This document shows, piece by piece, positions 1-13,243 of a stretch of 64,000 nt of DNA (positions are counted from its first letter, which is position 1; each line of letters starts with the position of its first letter). Position numbers and translations under genes: made by a program. The notes below the pieces were generated by a model. The model worked only from the letters and a program-made list of their open reading frames with translations, was not told where the DNA came from and made no database searches. Origin of the DNA: Lytechinus pictus (taxonomy: Eukaryota); contig NC_087245.1 of assembly GCF_037042905.1 (NCBI RefSeq), positions 40,612,001 to 40,676,000 on the forward strand, read 5' to 3'.

Positions 1-994
1 ATTTGAATTGACAAGTACTAAGAAATATATTACATACACATATATGATATTTGTGTGATATATATTACTTTACAGTATATACTAATACTCATAGAATACA
101 GTACTACTACTAGTACATGTACATTTGTACATATAATATTTACTATATCATACTTTAGAATACAGTACTTAAAATGTTATAAATCAAGGGGTAGATGGGA
201 TAAGAAAAACTCTCAGTCACATTCCTTTCACTAATGATTGTTTTTCTTAATCTTGTTGTTTCCCCCTCATCCTTTTCTTTTATCGTCTCCCCTCATCTCT
301 CCTCTCGTAATACACTCGTCATCATCAACGCGGAGAATGCAGGCCTGTCCACTTAAGCAGCTAACAGCTTGAAAATATGGAAACAGAACGGATGCCCCCC
401 TAATCAGCATTTACGCAACTGTTGCACTTGCAGCCCCCGTGCCGTCTGTCATTAGGGGAAGTGGAATGATAGCTGAGCGCGACCCCTGACCCCAACAAAG
501 CAAGTGCTTTCACAAATGGGGACAGTACGAGCTCGATCAAACTCTTCTTTCTTGTAGTTGTCATGGTATCACGCCGAAGGCTGCCGTTTGCGTATATGTT
601 TCCTCTGTGGGTTGATTACGAGTGATGGAAATTAAACAATTAACACTAATGCCCTGGACAAATTACGCGGAGGATGAACGTGGTAGAATGGATGGTCACG
701 CTTGATGGAGGGTTGAGTGAGGCAGAGACGGGGCAAGCAATCAAATGATCACTCTGATGGCAAGCCCGACAAGAAGATGATGGTGATGGTTACAAAGGAA
801 TAGACATATTAGGGGTGGTGTACAAGAAGCAGATAACAGAAATTAAAAGAGGAAAGATGCCAAGATGAGATAGATGTAGCTCTATACATGAGGCACAAGA
901 TGGATAGAAAATAAAAACACAGAGAAAGAGAAACAAACAAATAATGATGATGATAATATATAGCATTTATGAGATGCAGATTATCTACATGTAG

Positions 995-1222
995 TTGCCT
1001 ATCCAATGGAGCATCATATATTACCCCCGGCTTTAGTTCCAGCTGCCAAAGGTGCTTGGTGCATTCAAGGAATTAATCCTGCCGGGTACCCATTCACCTC
1101 ACCTGGGTTAAGTGCAGCACAATGTGGATAGATTTCTTGCTGAAGTAAATTATGCTATGACTGGGATTTGAACCCAGGAACCTCTGGATCTAAGTCTGGA
1201 GACTAATCCACTGCGCCACAAT
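995..1222 (-). mobile_element. tRNA-derived SINE
   Basis: The minus strand begins GTGGCGCAGTGGATTAG (A box) ... GGGTTCAAATCCC (B box), followed by a non-tRNA body containing CCCAGGTGAGGTGAATGGGTACC. The 3' boundary is approximate. Confidence 0.75.
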
Positions 1223-1832
1223 TATACTCCATAAAGAAAAAGAAAGAGGAACAGAGGGAGGTGGACACTAAAAGGAATTTACAATATTTGAGCTGAATAG
1301 ACATGTTAATTTTCATGCAACATATACCAACAAAAAGATGAATAACTCTAATAACATTCGTTTATCACAAAAATAACATGCTGTGTTTATTCATATTAAA
1401 CCGATTTTGCTCCCAAACATCAAAGTCAAGAGATTAAACAGATCTTCAAGAGGAAGAGGAGGGAAGGAAGAAGAACAAGAAGTGGGCCATTTTTCACCAT
1501 GACTTTGAAATGTACCCTGGCCGTGACCTCTTGGTATTGGTCTGTCTAAGATCTAACCAATAGTTGAAGAGAGAAACCGGGAGAAGTATTTAGCACCTAC
1601 TGAGTTTGATGTAACGTCCTTCGTCTCATTTAAACAGCTGTCGGAATCATTTCATTTCTATCTCTCTTGTTGGGTATGCCTCTTGCTCGACAAAGATACG
1701 TTTTGAGCACAGAATGCCGGATTCTGACTGGGGTATATCATGCACTCGAGACACCACACACGGTGCTCCCGTAGATGTTGACTTCACCGTTTCATGTGCA
1801 AATGATTTATGAATGGGTTTAACCAACTACAG

Positions 1833-1973
1833 GGGACGGTTTCATGGTGAAGCATCTTGTGAGTTACTTCCATGGACTTATTTGTTCTGAGCCAATCAGA
1901 AGCAAGAATTTCAGTAGCTTATAACAGTTATCAATGGAAAAGTCACAGGCTATTTGTTTCATGAAATGCTCCC
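1833..1973 (+). mobile_element. ~140-bp Harbinger-like MITE, CCAAT family, copy 1
   Basis: Imperfect TIRs GGGACGGTTTCATG / CATGAAATGCTCCC and core AGCCAATCAGAAGCAAGAATTTCAGTAGCTT shared with four other copies in the window. Flanks are CWG-like. Confidence 0.7.
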
Positions 1974-2235
1974 TGGGTTACAAAAATGTGTCAACATCAA
2001 AGTTATGAGAATGAGTTAAATATAAGCATGGGATTCAACAGGAAATTAGGTAAACCTTCTGTCTCCTCGAATCAGATATTCCCGGTGAAAATCCAATGGG
2101 AATTCACGAGAAGAAGTAGATGGAGGGTACATCCAGCAATGTATTTCCAAATATCCATCAACAATTTCCAGAGGAAGTGAATTACAGCACACTGATTCAA
2201 TCTGGTTCCTAGTTTAGAAGGCCTTTAATGGAATG

Positions 2236-2383
2236 GACCCGTCCCGTTTCATAAATACTTGTTATAATAACAAATAGATAATTTCTAGAATAAAATTTAG
2301 TATTAGCCAATCAAAATGAATGATTTCAGTAGCTTGAAACTGTTATTGCAAATTTGTAAAGAGTTTTATGAAATGGGCTCCTG
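2236..2383 (+). mobile_element. Harbinger-like MITE, CCAAT family, copy 2
   Basis: Ends CCCGTTTCATAAA / TTTATGAAATGGG, with core AGCCAATCAAAATGAATGATTTCAGTAGCTT. Confidence 0.65.
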
Positions 2384-4029
2384 GTTATTACCTTTATAAG
2401 GGAATATATATACAGAACCTTGTGGATGGAACCACATTTTTTTTCCTTGTAATAATTACTTATATTCTGCAACAATTTGGAGTCCAAATATCATGTCAAT
2501 GTTCCATCAGAGAGAGGATCTAATTAACATTCCTGAATTTATCATCTACAAGATGTTATTGGGAGGCTGGGAGAAGAAAACCTGTCACATATCATGCAAC
2601 CATCACTTTGTAACATTAATGTCAGTACACGGGCTAGGGATTCTAAACTATCCTGCAAATCTCCTCTTCCAAGCAAGAAGGGCATTAAAAGCAGCTCATG
2701 TCTTTGAACGCGTCAACGCCCTTCTGGCTCTGGAGAGGCGAAATGATGGTCCTAAATTGGCAATGCGACATGAAAATGAAGTTAAATCCCCACCCAGATG
2801 GTGCTTGTTTACCCATCGAATGTCGGACCTTGGCTGGGTAACCTTTAGCGGCAAGGTTCAGTAACATTCCGCTAATGTTGTTGGACTCTTGGCTGGCTGG
2901 TTGGCTGTGTTAGCCAGAGTGCGCCGCCGTGGTAAAGAACAGCCCCCAACCATGTTCTTGACATGAATGGATGGGGGATAGGCAACCCTCTCACAAGTAC
3001 AGGTATACTCTATAAGAGCCAGCGGTAAAAATCAGTGAGTACAGAGATGGTGGGAGATTGCTAAGCAGTCTGCTCATTTGTACTACAGTGTACATACTAT
3101 GAAAAATGTGTTATCTTTGATTTTGAAAAATCCTCTTAACCTGTTGACAACTGAATTCTGTGATCCCCATACAGGCTTTGTACAAGATCGCCCAGCTCCA
3201 GTGACCAATGGGTTAATATTGATAATCTATATATTCACAATCTTTTCAGTAGAAAACCATCCCTCTTCCCCTTGCAGATTTTATCTCTCTAAATATGCTA
3301 ATACATTTATTACACCTAATTCACACCAACTATGGATAATATGAAAGCATATTTCAACAGAAATTTAGATAGAGAATAAATTTTGATATTATAAGATCTT
3401 CTATTCATATTCAAGTCAGCCATTTCCAACTGTTTTCAATCCCCTTTCATTTTACAACATGACCTTAAATGTTTCCTTATTGGGCAAACAACACATAAAA
3501 GACTTGAATATCTCTCCCTTTGTCTATACCTAATCGAATCTATTATAAAGCATATTTCTCAATTAGGAAACTTGAGAGTTTCTGTTTGAGTTTAATAATT
3601 TCCATTATTTTCTACTCAGCCAACCATGTGGATGTTTATGCTAGAGATATGGAGTCTGGGGGCCCTCTCTGGCCCAACCAACATTCTTGATTAGCGATGT
3701 CAACTACAATTATCTGAGTAATTCCCAACAAAACAAACTAGCCATGTCAAAATTGCGATAGTTGTTTCATCATTTATTTTCATAACTGTGAATGTTGTTT
3801 GGGCATGTCCCCATGTATCCATTCCGTGTCGCGAGGAGGACGAGAAAGGAAAAGAGGGGAGCCGGAGACTTGTCCGGAAAAATAAAAAGGCGAGGGGATT
3901 GACATGACGAGCTGAGGTTATTTAGCGGCTCTCAGATGATGATATTTTCTCACTTGGTTAATAATTCTGAGGATCGAATGCACCATTGCTAATTGGACTC
4001 TGCATATAAATAATTTTTTTTTGTATTAA

Positions 4030-4421
4030 AGGTAAATACCAGTTGTGGTATCGGTCTGAAAATGAGTTTGAACAGAATCCAATAAAATGACCACATAAGC
4101 GGTTGCAAGTGTAAATAAAAAATATGTGCCAAATGGCTCTGGAAAAAATGTATAATTGCTGAGACATGAGCAAAATAAGCAAAGAGTTCCATAAAATGTT
4201 GGACATTTTTCCAAACAATATTAATACACTGTCCCACATATGCCTTTTTCTGTTAATGATCATCAGAATTATAGGTTTTCCGCAAAGACTTCATGGTTTC
4301 ACAAGATAAAGTTTATTTCAATGTACCAGAACTAGACGTAGGATAATATGGTGGCATTTAACCTTGATTTTAAAGACTTTCTCATGAAATAAATGTGTGC
4401 TACCAGTAATATCTTTTACCT
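4030..4421. mobile_element. Kolobok-like non-autonomous element
   Basis: TTAA|AGGTAAA ... TTTACCT|TTAA: a TTAA duplication with short TIRs starting AGG. Confidence 0.55.
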
Positions 4422-5862
4422 TTAATGCGTTCACATCTAAGGCTGAAGTGAGTGCATTAAGAATTAATGTAATGAAAAACGTAACATACTAGAATCTGAG
4501 TCACCTATAATGGACAAACAGTACACATATGCATCTCTTGCATGAAAGTGCACAGTCATTCTGAGATACTGGACACAATATATGTATGCTCCAAGTCAGC
4601 TCCTGTATTTCAGCAAAGGAAACTTAACTAGGTTTCCAGGAATTCTGAACAACTACACATTCTTTGCATAGTCAATTATCATATTTTTAGTAACTGAACT
4701 TCTCCGACTAATTTACTGCTTTGGGAAATCTGAGAATATAACTTGATACAGAGGACTGCACGTGTGTTTATCTCTCTATGTAGTCCCGCAGCTTCACACT
4801 GCCGCGAGTGGGAGTGACAGTTTATGTACACATACTGTATGTGATGCAGGAATATTCTCATGGAGGACTTAAAGTCAGTGTTCACCTTAACAATATGGTG
4901 CAATCATTAATGTATATCAGCTACATACTGTTAGGCATCATACATGTAGATTAAGCAGCTTCTGAACATTTGGGTTGAAATATTTCCGCTGCCCTATAAT
5001 ACACTTGTACCAATGGCACTAGCACCTAACTTAAGTCGAGCTCTTTGCATTAAGTACAAGGCAAAGTTTGTACCTTTTTAAAATTTCAAAAGCTATTTTT
5101 TTCAATCAATTAATTTTAATCACTGGGTGACATTTCATGGGCAATAAATTGCATAAGCTGATGATTATACAATGGCACGTATTCTGTTATTGCTGAATAG
5201 GCCTACAGAAACTACACCTATTAGCAAATTTTGAAATGCACAATTCACGATAACGTTGGCATGGGTAGTTAATCTATATCAATGCAACACATTGCCTATT
5301 GAAACAAATCCTGTAAAGGCCTATTGAGTAATGTACATGTAAATATGCAGAATTCTTTTTTGGTCTTCTAAACAAGGCATGATGTTTGGCTTTGTATACA
5401 ACTGAACTGAACTTGACAAATTGGATGATACGTGGTGACGAATGCCTGGGCTAATGGGAAGGAACGCATCAAGGCTGTGGACGACACTGATACTGTCACA
5501 CAACACCCCACCCCCATTCCAAGGCCGACAAAGAATGCAACAAGCTGAAAATACTACGAGGTGTTAACATGTGTACAGAAGATCACCTTGATAGAAGAAC
5601 CCCCCCCCCCCGGCTCCCCGTCCATCCACCCTCGTGTTTTCCGGACATGATGGAGAAAAAGATGTCATGTATCATGTACATAACATCCATGTCCGTGACT
5701 AGTTTGTTTTTTGTTTTGACCGACCGAGGCATAGTTTTCTCCCACACATTTTAATTACAGGATTACCATGATAATTAGCTGATTATGAAGAGAGAATATA
5801 GATACTTCTCCCACATACATCCAGGTGTGCATGAGATGATGTAACAAAACATTCCTGTTATA

Positions 5863-6107
5863 CACTGCAAATACACCGGAGTTGATTTAACACCAGCCCG
5901 GAATCTATATATGTCCACACCAGAGAAGTATTGAAACAACACCAGTCTGGAATCAAACCGATGTTGTTTTAATACTAATTGGTGTTGTATAAACACCTAT
6001 CTGGTGTTAGACTAATACCAAAACCGGTGTTTTTTAACACTTCTCTGGTGTGGACATATATATAGATTCCGGGCTGGTGTTAAATGAACACCTGAGTTTT
6101 TGCAGTG
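5863..6107. mobile_element. CACTA/EnSpm-like palindromic MITE
   Basis: TA|CACTGCAAA ... TTTGCAGTG|TA. The long inverted arms include TTTAACACCAGCCCGGAATCTATATATGTCCACACCAGAGAAGT and its near-exact complement at ~6037-6084. Confidence 0.85.
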
Positions 6108-7682
6108 TAACATTTTATACCACACTCGCATATGGTTCTTGTTATGACATGCATCTACATTTCCTCCTGCTCATAGTATGTGTTGGTTGACTGCAATAGA
6201 TACCTTTAATACAGTACATTAAAAATTCTAAGAAATGCCAACCTTAATAACCAGCATCAACAACAAAAAGAGGGATCTGAAGTTTTGTCCACGTAGCCGT
6301 ATGAAATGCATTTTAGAATTTCAAACACAGTAGGATATATGGATATTGGATGATATTTAAAAAAATGTACGTTTTTATAAAATTCATGCACTATTAAGAG
6401 CAAAGATCAATCTGCAGGATCAATAATTTTATCATATTTGCCTAAATCAGATATTAAGTGCAGAAAATATAGAATATCATACTTGTTTAGTGTACATAAC
6501 TTATGTAATGATGGTACAAGCTTTAAGCATAAAGAAAATGTAAATTTGTCTGTTAAAGTTGGAAGACCCAAACCCAATTTGCCTTAGCCATGTTTTAGAG
6601 AGAAATATTAAATAAAAGAATTTTTTAGAAATTGGAATTGACAAGCCTAGAGCAGGATGTCGGAATGGATAAATGGGATTTCCCTGAGAAAAATCTTATA
6701 CACATACCTTGTGCTCAAATCCCCCTCTCTCCAAGTTTCAGATCTATATTCAAGAGAAAATTGGAATGAGGGTCACAATAAGGTATGTGTTCCGAGGCCT
6801 TTCATTACAAGAAGATTGCTTGATCATAATTATATTGTAGTACAAGTGTGTAGCACTAACTGTTATATATACATGTATGTAGAAAGAATAGTGAAGAGGT
6901 TTTCCATCATGTACAGTATTGTGTTTATAATAGAGAGAGACAACTTCTAGATCGTAAATTTGCCTTGTATGGTTATTCTGATAGTTCATCTTTTGTTAAA
7001 AAAACTTTTTTAAGTAAAGTAGGGAATATGAATGACATGAACAGCATGTTATCATTATAAAACAAACCCATACTGACAGGATTTATATTATACACTGATA
7101 GATATGTATTAAAAACAAATTTACTGCTACAAGAAATAAAATATTACTACATAGTACGAATAAAGAATGCAATTATGAGAAGTGTGCTCTGATAATATTC
7201 ATAAAGGTTGGTAATAACACGGACCTACATGTAGTAGATCCATGGTAATAATCACCTTTAACTCCCCCCTCCCTCCCCCCTTTCCCCTCTCCAAGAGTAC
7301 ACAAGAACCTCATCATTGCTAACTCATTTCTTTAACACTCAATCAGTAGTTACACTCCAAACTCAGTTCACTTTGTGATGAGATGTGGAGAGCTGATCAT
7401 TAATATAACTTCAAGGTCTGAACTTCAACACCAGGCATGATAATCCCACATAGTCCCACGTGTGGTTTAAACGGTGATGGAGCGGTTGCATAATTGCATA
7501 AATTAGGCATCATTATAACTGTCAAACATGCTGGATGTGATGGCAGTAAACCGATGTGTGTTTGGAATGGTGCGGAAGGGGGTCGTAACATTTTGATCGA
7601 CTAATCTAATTTGTCCATCATCTTCCATCTTTCTTGACTTGTTGATCAAATCTTGGAGGACGGTTCACACGTAGTCGGATCA

Positions 7683-7786
7683 TCATCGGTCCAACTGTGC
7701 ATGCTGTAACATACCGTGTTGTGTGCCTACTGGGGACTGTACAGATGGAGCTGCAACCGTTATAGGGGTTGTACACAGAAGGTCTT
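7683..7786 (-). CDS. RBM24: Candidate terminal coding exon of the RBM24/38 gene
   Basis: Acceptor tctgactgcttcacatgtcttcag| with a CTGAC branch-like motif. In phase 1, matching the exon 2 donor, it reads (E)DLLCTTPITVAAPSVQSPVGTQHGMLQHAQLDR*, resembling the vertebrate RBM24 tail (QPITAAAP...QLQTDRMQ). It is followed by U-rich UTR-like sequence. The similarity is short, and intermediate exons cannot be excluded. Confidence 0.45.
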
Positions 7787-8843
7787 CTGAAGACATGTGA
7801 AGCAGTCAGAATGTTACCCCCAAAGCCAATCTCTAAACACAGGAATCTGCACAGGAGGTATGTTCATCAAATCACTTTAAAGGGAATACAGCTAATTACA
7901 ATGGCATGTACAGTATGTACTTTAATAGCTGGTACATAACCCATCAGACCAAACTACAGGATTGCTTTTAAAAGCCCAGGACATCTAGGCCAAGGTAATA
8001 TGGCCCTGGACTTGATACATAGACCAGAGAGATCAAAACAACCTCCATCCATCAAAACAGGACAACACGATGACGGTATCATTTTACCGTCACCGCGAGG
8101 TGGACCACGCTCCCGGCGTCATTTGGCCAATCACGCCAAATTGGTGATTAACGTAAAAATGGGTCAAGATGGATTTGCTGTGAATCGCTTGTCACAAGTC
8201 ATTGGTCTAACCTAGATTTATTGCGTCAATATCACCCACCTACCGGGGAGCGACTGATAATGAATTGAGATTGTTTACTGCACAACATGTACCTGCCATA
8301 CGATATATGGAAGGAGCATGAATATCGATCACTGAGGAATTTTCATTATCAATCGCCCATCAATATAGTGTCACTATCTCCGTCAAAATCAAAGAAAAAT
8401 TCAGGAACTCAACAAGACATTCACGAATAAAGTCTCATACAGACTTTAAAATTGCTATGGCAACATCCTTCGTTATGAAAATAGGGAAGATGTACAAGGA
8501 CATTCAAAAGATTACAGGATTGCTTGTTAGATAGATGGGTATCAGTAAATGGCTGGCTTTTAAATGATGTAGGGCTATAAAGAGAGGGAACTTCAAGTTA
8601 ACAGGGTCATTAGAATTTTAATGCTCCCTCGGGGTACCAATATGTCTGTGAACTAGAACCATGCCCTAAATAGAGGCAGTGAGTGAGATGGGAGGTGGAG
8701 AAAGCTTGGAATCTAGCATGAAGGGTATTTGAAAAAAAAGAGGGAGGGGCAAAAAAGGGGAGGGGCTGAGAGGTGAAGGGGAGTGGGTGAAAGAGGATTG
8801 GGGTTATGGGCAGAGGGGTAAATAATACATAACTATGGTAAAG

Positions 8844-8974
8844 AGAGGGGTAAAGAAAGAGCTGCAAAAGGGTGTCTGAGAGTCAAAGTGAGGGACGGTT
8901 GTGGAAGCAGAGGGGTAAAGAAAGAGCTGCAAAAGGGTGACTGAGAGTCAAATTGAGGGACGGTTTTGGAAGCA
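8844..8974. repeat. 65-bp tandem duplication, 2 copies
   Basis: AGAGGGGTAAAGAAAGAGCTGCAAAAGGGTGWCTGAGAGTCAAAKTGAGGGACGGTTKTGGAAGC occurs twice. Confidence 0.9.
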
Positions 8975-11086
8975 TATGGGTTAAGAGAGAGTGGGTATCA
9001 AAAGAGTGGAGAAGTAAGGAAACATGGAAGGAGTGGGGAGGCAGAGAGGGGTTGAAAATTAATGGAAAAAGGTACAGGCCAAATGGTGTATTAAACCATA
9101 CCCGTAAATATATTTATTTGCACAGATTCACAATAACACACTACATCTGCATGCACAATTACTGTATGTTTTTTATACGAAATGCATTCAAAAGAGTATG
9201 ATACTCTGCATACTATAAAGTAAGGTTTGGTTTTTAGAAAGATTGATGGAAATCTACACGAACCCTTCCCTATTAAGGGCCCATTTCTTATCAAAATAAT
9301 ATTTTGGCAATATACCCTAGGGCATTCGTTCTATGAAGACCACCAAGTTCATAGAATTAATCCTGAGAGAACCACAACTGAGAAATGAACAATAAGAAAG
9401 ACTACAAAATAAACAACTTTTGCAACAACAAAAAGCCAGGAAGTAACATGACAAACGGGAGATATGATATTGATAGGATGTAAACAAATTCTGAAACAAA
9501 ATAGTTAAAATAAGAAAAAAAGTAGTTTGGATTGATCAAGAATATATTCTGCTGAAAAAAGATGAGGAAAATGTATCCTACATGTTTGTTCAGCAGATGA
9601 CTTTAATGGTTCTGCGAAGAGTGGGCATACATGTACGTGTATTTTGTCATCTCTTGTAAGGCTCACAAAAGGCAAAGAATATGGACTGAATATCATTCAT
9701 AAATCATTGTACCATTGTATTTCAGTGGGAGTGGTGCATTCATGATTGTGTCAATAGATTGGTCAATAACCTTGAGGGCAGTACTTGATCTATTTTTCTA
9801 CTTTTCTTCAAAATTAATTCATTCTGATAAATGGAGTAATATGGGGTTAGGAGTTCTACAGAAAATGTACCATCAGAATTAAAGAAAAATCTCACTATTT
9901 TTGTATACACAGCAATTTCAAATGAAGTGTGGCCAATATGCACTCCTTTTGTCAGCGCAGATTTCTACTGCTTGCCAATCTGAGGAGCAGAACATTCCTG
10001 ATATTCTAATTACAGTGGCGTTATCCTTTTCACCGCTAAGGACGTCATCTCCATCATTAACACCAGATCACTGGACTTATTCTTGACGTGATTTGGCTGC
10101 TGACGGAATTCACTTTCCATCTTCCGTAGCAGCGGAGGGGGGATTTCCAAAGTGTAGCAAAGGAGGATCAGCGAAAAGGTTAGCAGCAAGGCGAGAGCAA
10201 AGGAAACAGATCTAAGCTATCATCGGCATGACGACCATGGACTCAGCTGGGGATGATACCCTGTTCATGATATGTCTAAACTTTAAGATGAGACTTTATG
10301 CAAGATTGAGGGGAGAGATCATCACTAAATGACCTACTTTCCTTATCATTAGGCAACCTCACCATCTTACAAAATATCTGCTCCAAGCTTTACTTGACAG
10401 TAAGCATTGGTAGTTGTCATTTAAAAGCAAAATAACCTTGCATTGAATACAAATCTGAAGCATTTGCCTTCTTAAAAAAAAAAAAAAATTGCACTTGTTA
10501 TCATGGGACATCACTGGACATTGTTTCAGTGAAAGCATGCATACATGAAGTTTGTAAGACAATTCAAAATCCTTCATGAAATTAAAATATTTCATTTTGA
10601 ATTAGTAATAAGATGAATTGGGCATTTTCTAAGAATTTGTAAATTATCCATTGGTTATACTTTTTTACAAATATTTTTGATGAAATACAATATTTTAGCA
10701 CATTTTCATTTTCAAAATACTACATCATCACGTTGACTTATTTGTTGAATCCCTGCCAAGTACTGAAGGACTTCACCCAGACCACCACATCGGAATGAGC
10801 CACCGAGACAGCTTGAAGAACATGGTTTCCGTCAAGATTCCTAACACAGATCAGTATGAAGAATGAAAATGAGACGAATATCTCATTTCTTCGTGATAAT
10901 GTTTTGACTTGTTCAACTCTGTAAGGACATGAAATGAGACCAAACAATCATACCCGGCAGGCATCTTAACTTGAACTCACAAAAAATAGCAGGAGCACTC
11001 TTTAGTTTGGACCCAGTGGGATGCAAATGGTTAGGTGGAATTTTGATAGAAAAGTGGGAATATGAATACAAAAATGAAGAGATTGG

Positions 11087-11087
11087 G

Positions 11088-11123
<36 letters not shown>

Positions 11124-11124
11124 G
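11087..11124. repeat. (GA)n followed by poly-G
   Basis: Directly visible. Confidence 0.9.
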
Positions 11125-12971
11125 TTGATTTTGATCCAACCTACATTTGAGAAAATGTCATGTTTTTCCAGCAAATTCAACATCCCTTTTGATTTACGTC
11201 CTTCATTTGATTTCATGTTTAGTGAAGTATAGCTTCAGGCTCCATGATTGTAAATATATCTATCGTCAAAACAACAATGCTCTAGAAAATCAAAACTGAC
11301 GCAAGGGCAACTTCAAATATCATCACGTATCATAATGTAAAACAAATAGAATGTAAATGATGTTGCATTAGATTTTGATGACATTTTTTCTAGTACTTGT
11401 AGTAATCACAAATTCAAAATTTGTAAATATGAAGAAATGATGAATTGTAATTAATGTATAAAGAATTTATTCAAAGCATAAACGCAATCGACCAATGAGA
11501 GTTACGGAGAGGACATTTGATTTGAAAAGACATTTCTACATGTGCTTCAAACCACTGTAAGAGTGTAGAAGATGAAAAATTATTTTCCTCTTTTTTAAAA
11601 ATGATATGTAATAACATTCCAACAAGTATTGAAGGATCTCCAAATTCTGCATTGTAAATTTCAGTGGGAGATTGTGGGGGGAGGGGGGGTTAAGGGAGAT
11701 TTAATACAGTCATCCATCTCTTTAAAATAGGATCTTTATGAGATTCATGAGAAAGAGGGGGGGGGGGTTCTGATCTTGGTGGAGTAAATCCACTCAGAGT
11801 AGTGTGTTCACTGTGTTGACCATGAACATGATGCTTACTGTCAGCGCCCAAGTCCCTGTGTGCCGGAGTTTACACAACGTGCCAAGCGCCCGGCTGGCCC
11901 GCACCTCGAGACCGGGCATGCTGGGTATTATTTTACAGTCGAGGGCCATGCAAAGCTACTCTCCAAACATGGGGAGGTGCCTACTGTGATGACAACAATC
12001 TTTTTTTTTCCTTTTCTTCTTCCCTCGCAGCATCGGATGGGGATTTCTCATGGTGTCTGAGAGACAGGGATGTCTTGCCAGCCAGCACCAGGCTGGAGGG
12101 TATGGACGGATTCTGAAGAGGGACGTGCGTACGGGAGGGATGCAGGCCGTTATTCAGGCGGCTTGGTTTACAGCGAAAGTAAACAAATGCGGCATAATGG
12201 TCAGAATGTAAACTTTCGGGGGATTGAAGATGGGGGGGTGTAAAGACGGATTGGTTCTTGTTGTTGTGATTTATTGGGATTGCCATCTGAGGATCGGGAC
12301 AGGGATTAGGGGTGATGTTTGGGAGGAGATCAGGGACAGTCAGTCCATCATATCAAACATCCAAAAAGCTCTTCAGTTGACCATTAGTTTCACTGTAACA
12401 TCAATCTCTATGAAAGAGACTTAAATAGCTACTGCATTCTTCTCACAAAAGGAAAACCAAAATACATCCAAAGTAAAGGTACATGTAGGGAGGGGTTCCT
12501 ACAAAATTAAATGAATTCAAGATTTCCTCCAAGTATTGACACCTACATGAAAGCAAATAGCTTTTATATCAAATTTGAAATTGGATACATTTTGTAAATA
12601 AGAATTCTAATGATGTACATCACTACTGTAATATACAGAAAATGATACTACCGGTACTCATAATGTAAAGCGCTTTATTAAGAAACATTATGTCTTTCGT
12701 GCCTAATAATTCTAACTAAATTTATTATTATCTTTGATATGATCATTACAGCATTATGCAATGGTTATTGAAATAACAATATATTCTAATACATATTTCC
12801 ACTTTTCAGCCTTCTATTCGGTCTAAATACTCGGCATATCCTCTGTCTTTGACAAACCCATTGCATATTACTGGGTCTGATGCCCTACACGTACCGTGTG
12901 TACATCAAGTATGCATCATCATTCTGCATAGACATGTTGTGCCTATACACAACCTAGTGATGCAACAAGCA

Positions 12972-13074
12972 CAGTCACACCGATGAAACTGACTCCAACA
13001 TGACCAATTATATGCCATTCAATATAATGCATTAGCATCGATCGAACTGAGGGTCAGTTTCATCGGTGTGACTG
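12972..13074. mobile_element. ~100-bp MITE with perfect 22-bp TIRs (CAGT...ACTG, Tc1/mariner-like ends)
   Basis: CAGTCACACCGATGAAACTGAC / GTCAGTTTCATCGGTGTGACTG. The flanks are CA rather than the canonical TA. Confidence 0.7.
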
Positions 13075-13116
13075 CATGATGAAAAGTACCGGTGGTAGTG
13101 AGTCAAACCATATCAG

Positions 13117-13243
13117 GGGTCTGTTTCACAAAACTTTCCATGATGACAAAGTCACACTAACAGTTAAAAGCTACTGAAATCCTTCATTCCGATTGGCTGA
13201 CGGCAAATCTGTTATAGAAATTGTGCTTGAACAAGCCGGGACC
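13117..13243 (-). mobile_element. Harbinger-like MITE, CCAAT family, copy 3 (inverted)
   Basis: Contains AAGCTACTGAAATCCTTCATTCCGATTGGCTGA, the reverse complement of the family core. Flanked by CAG and CTG. Confidence 0.6.

Noticed and set aside
1150..1222. tRNA gene
   Set aside because: A and B boxes are present, but I found no convincing acceptor stem, and the sequence continues into a SINE body.
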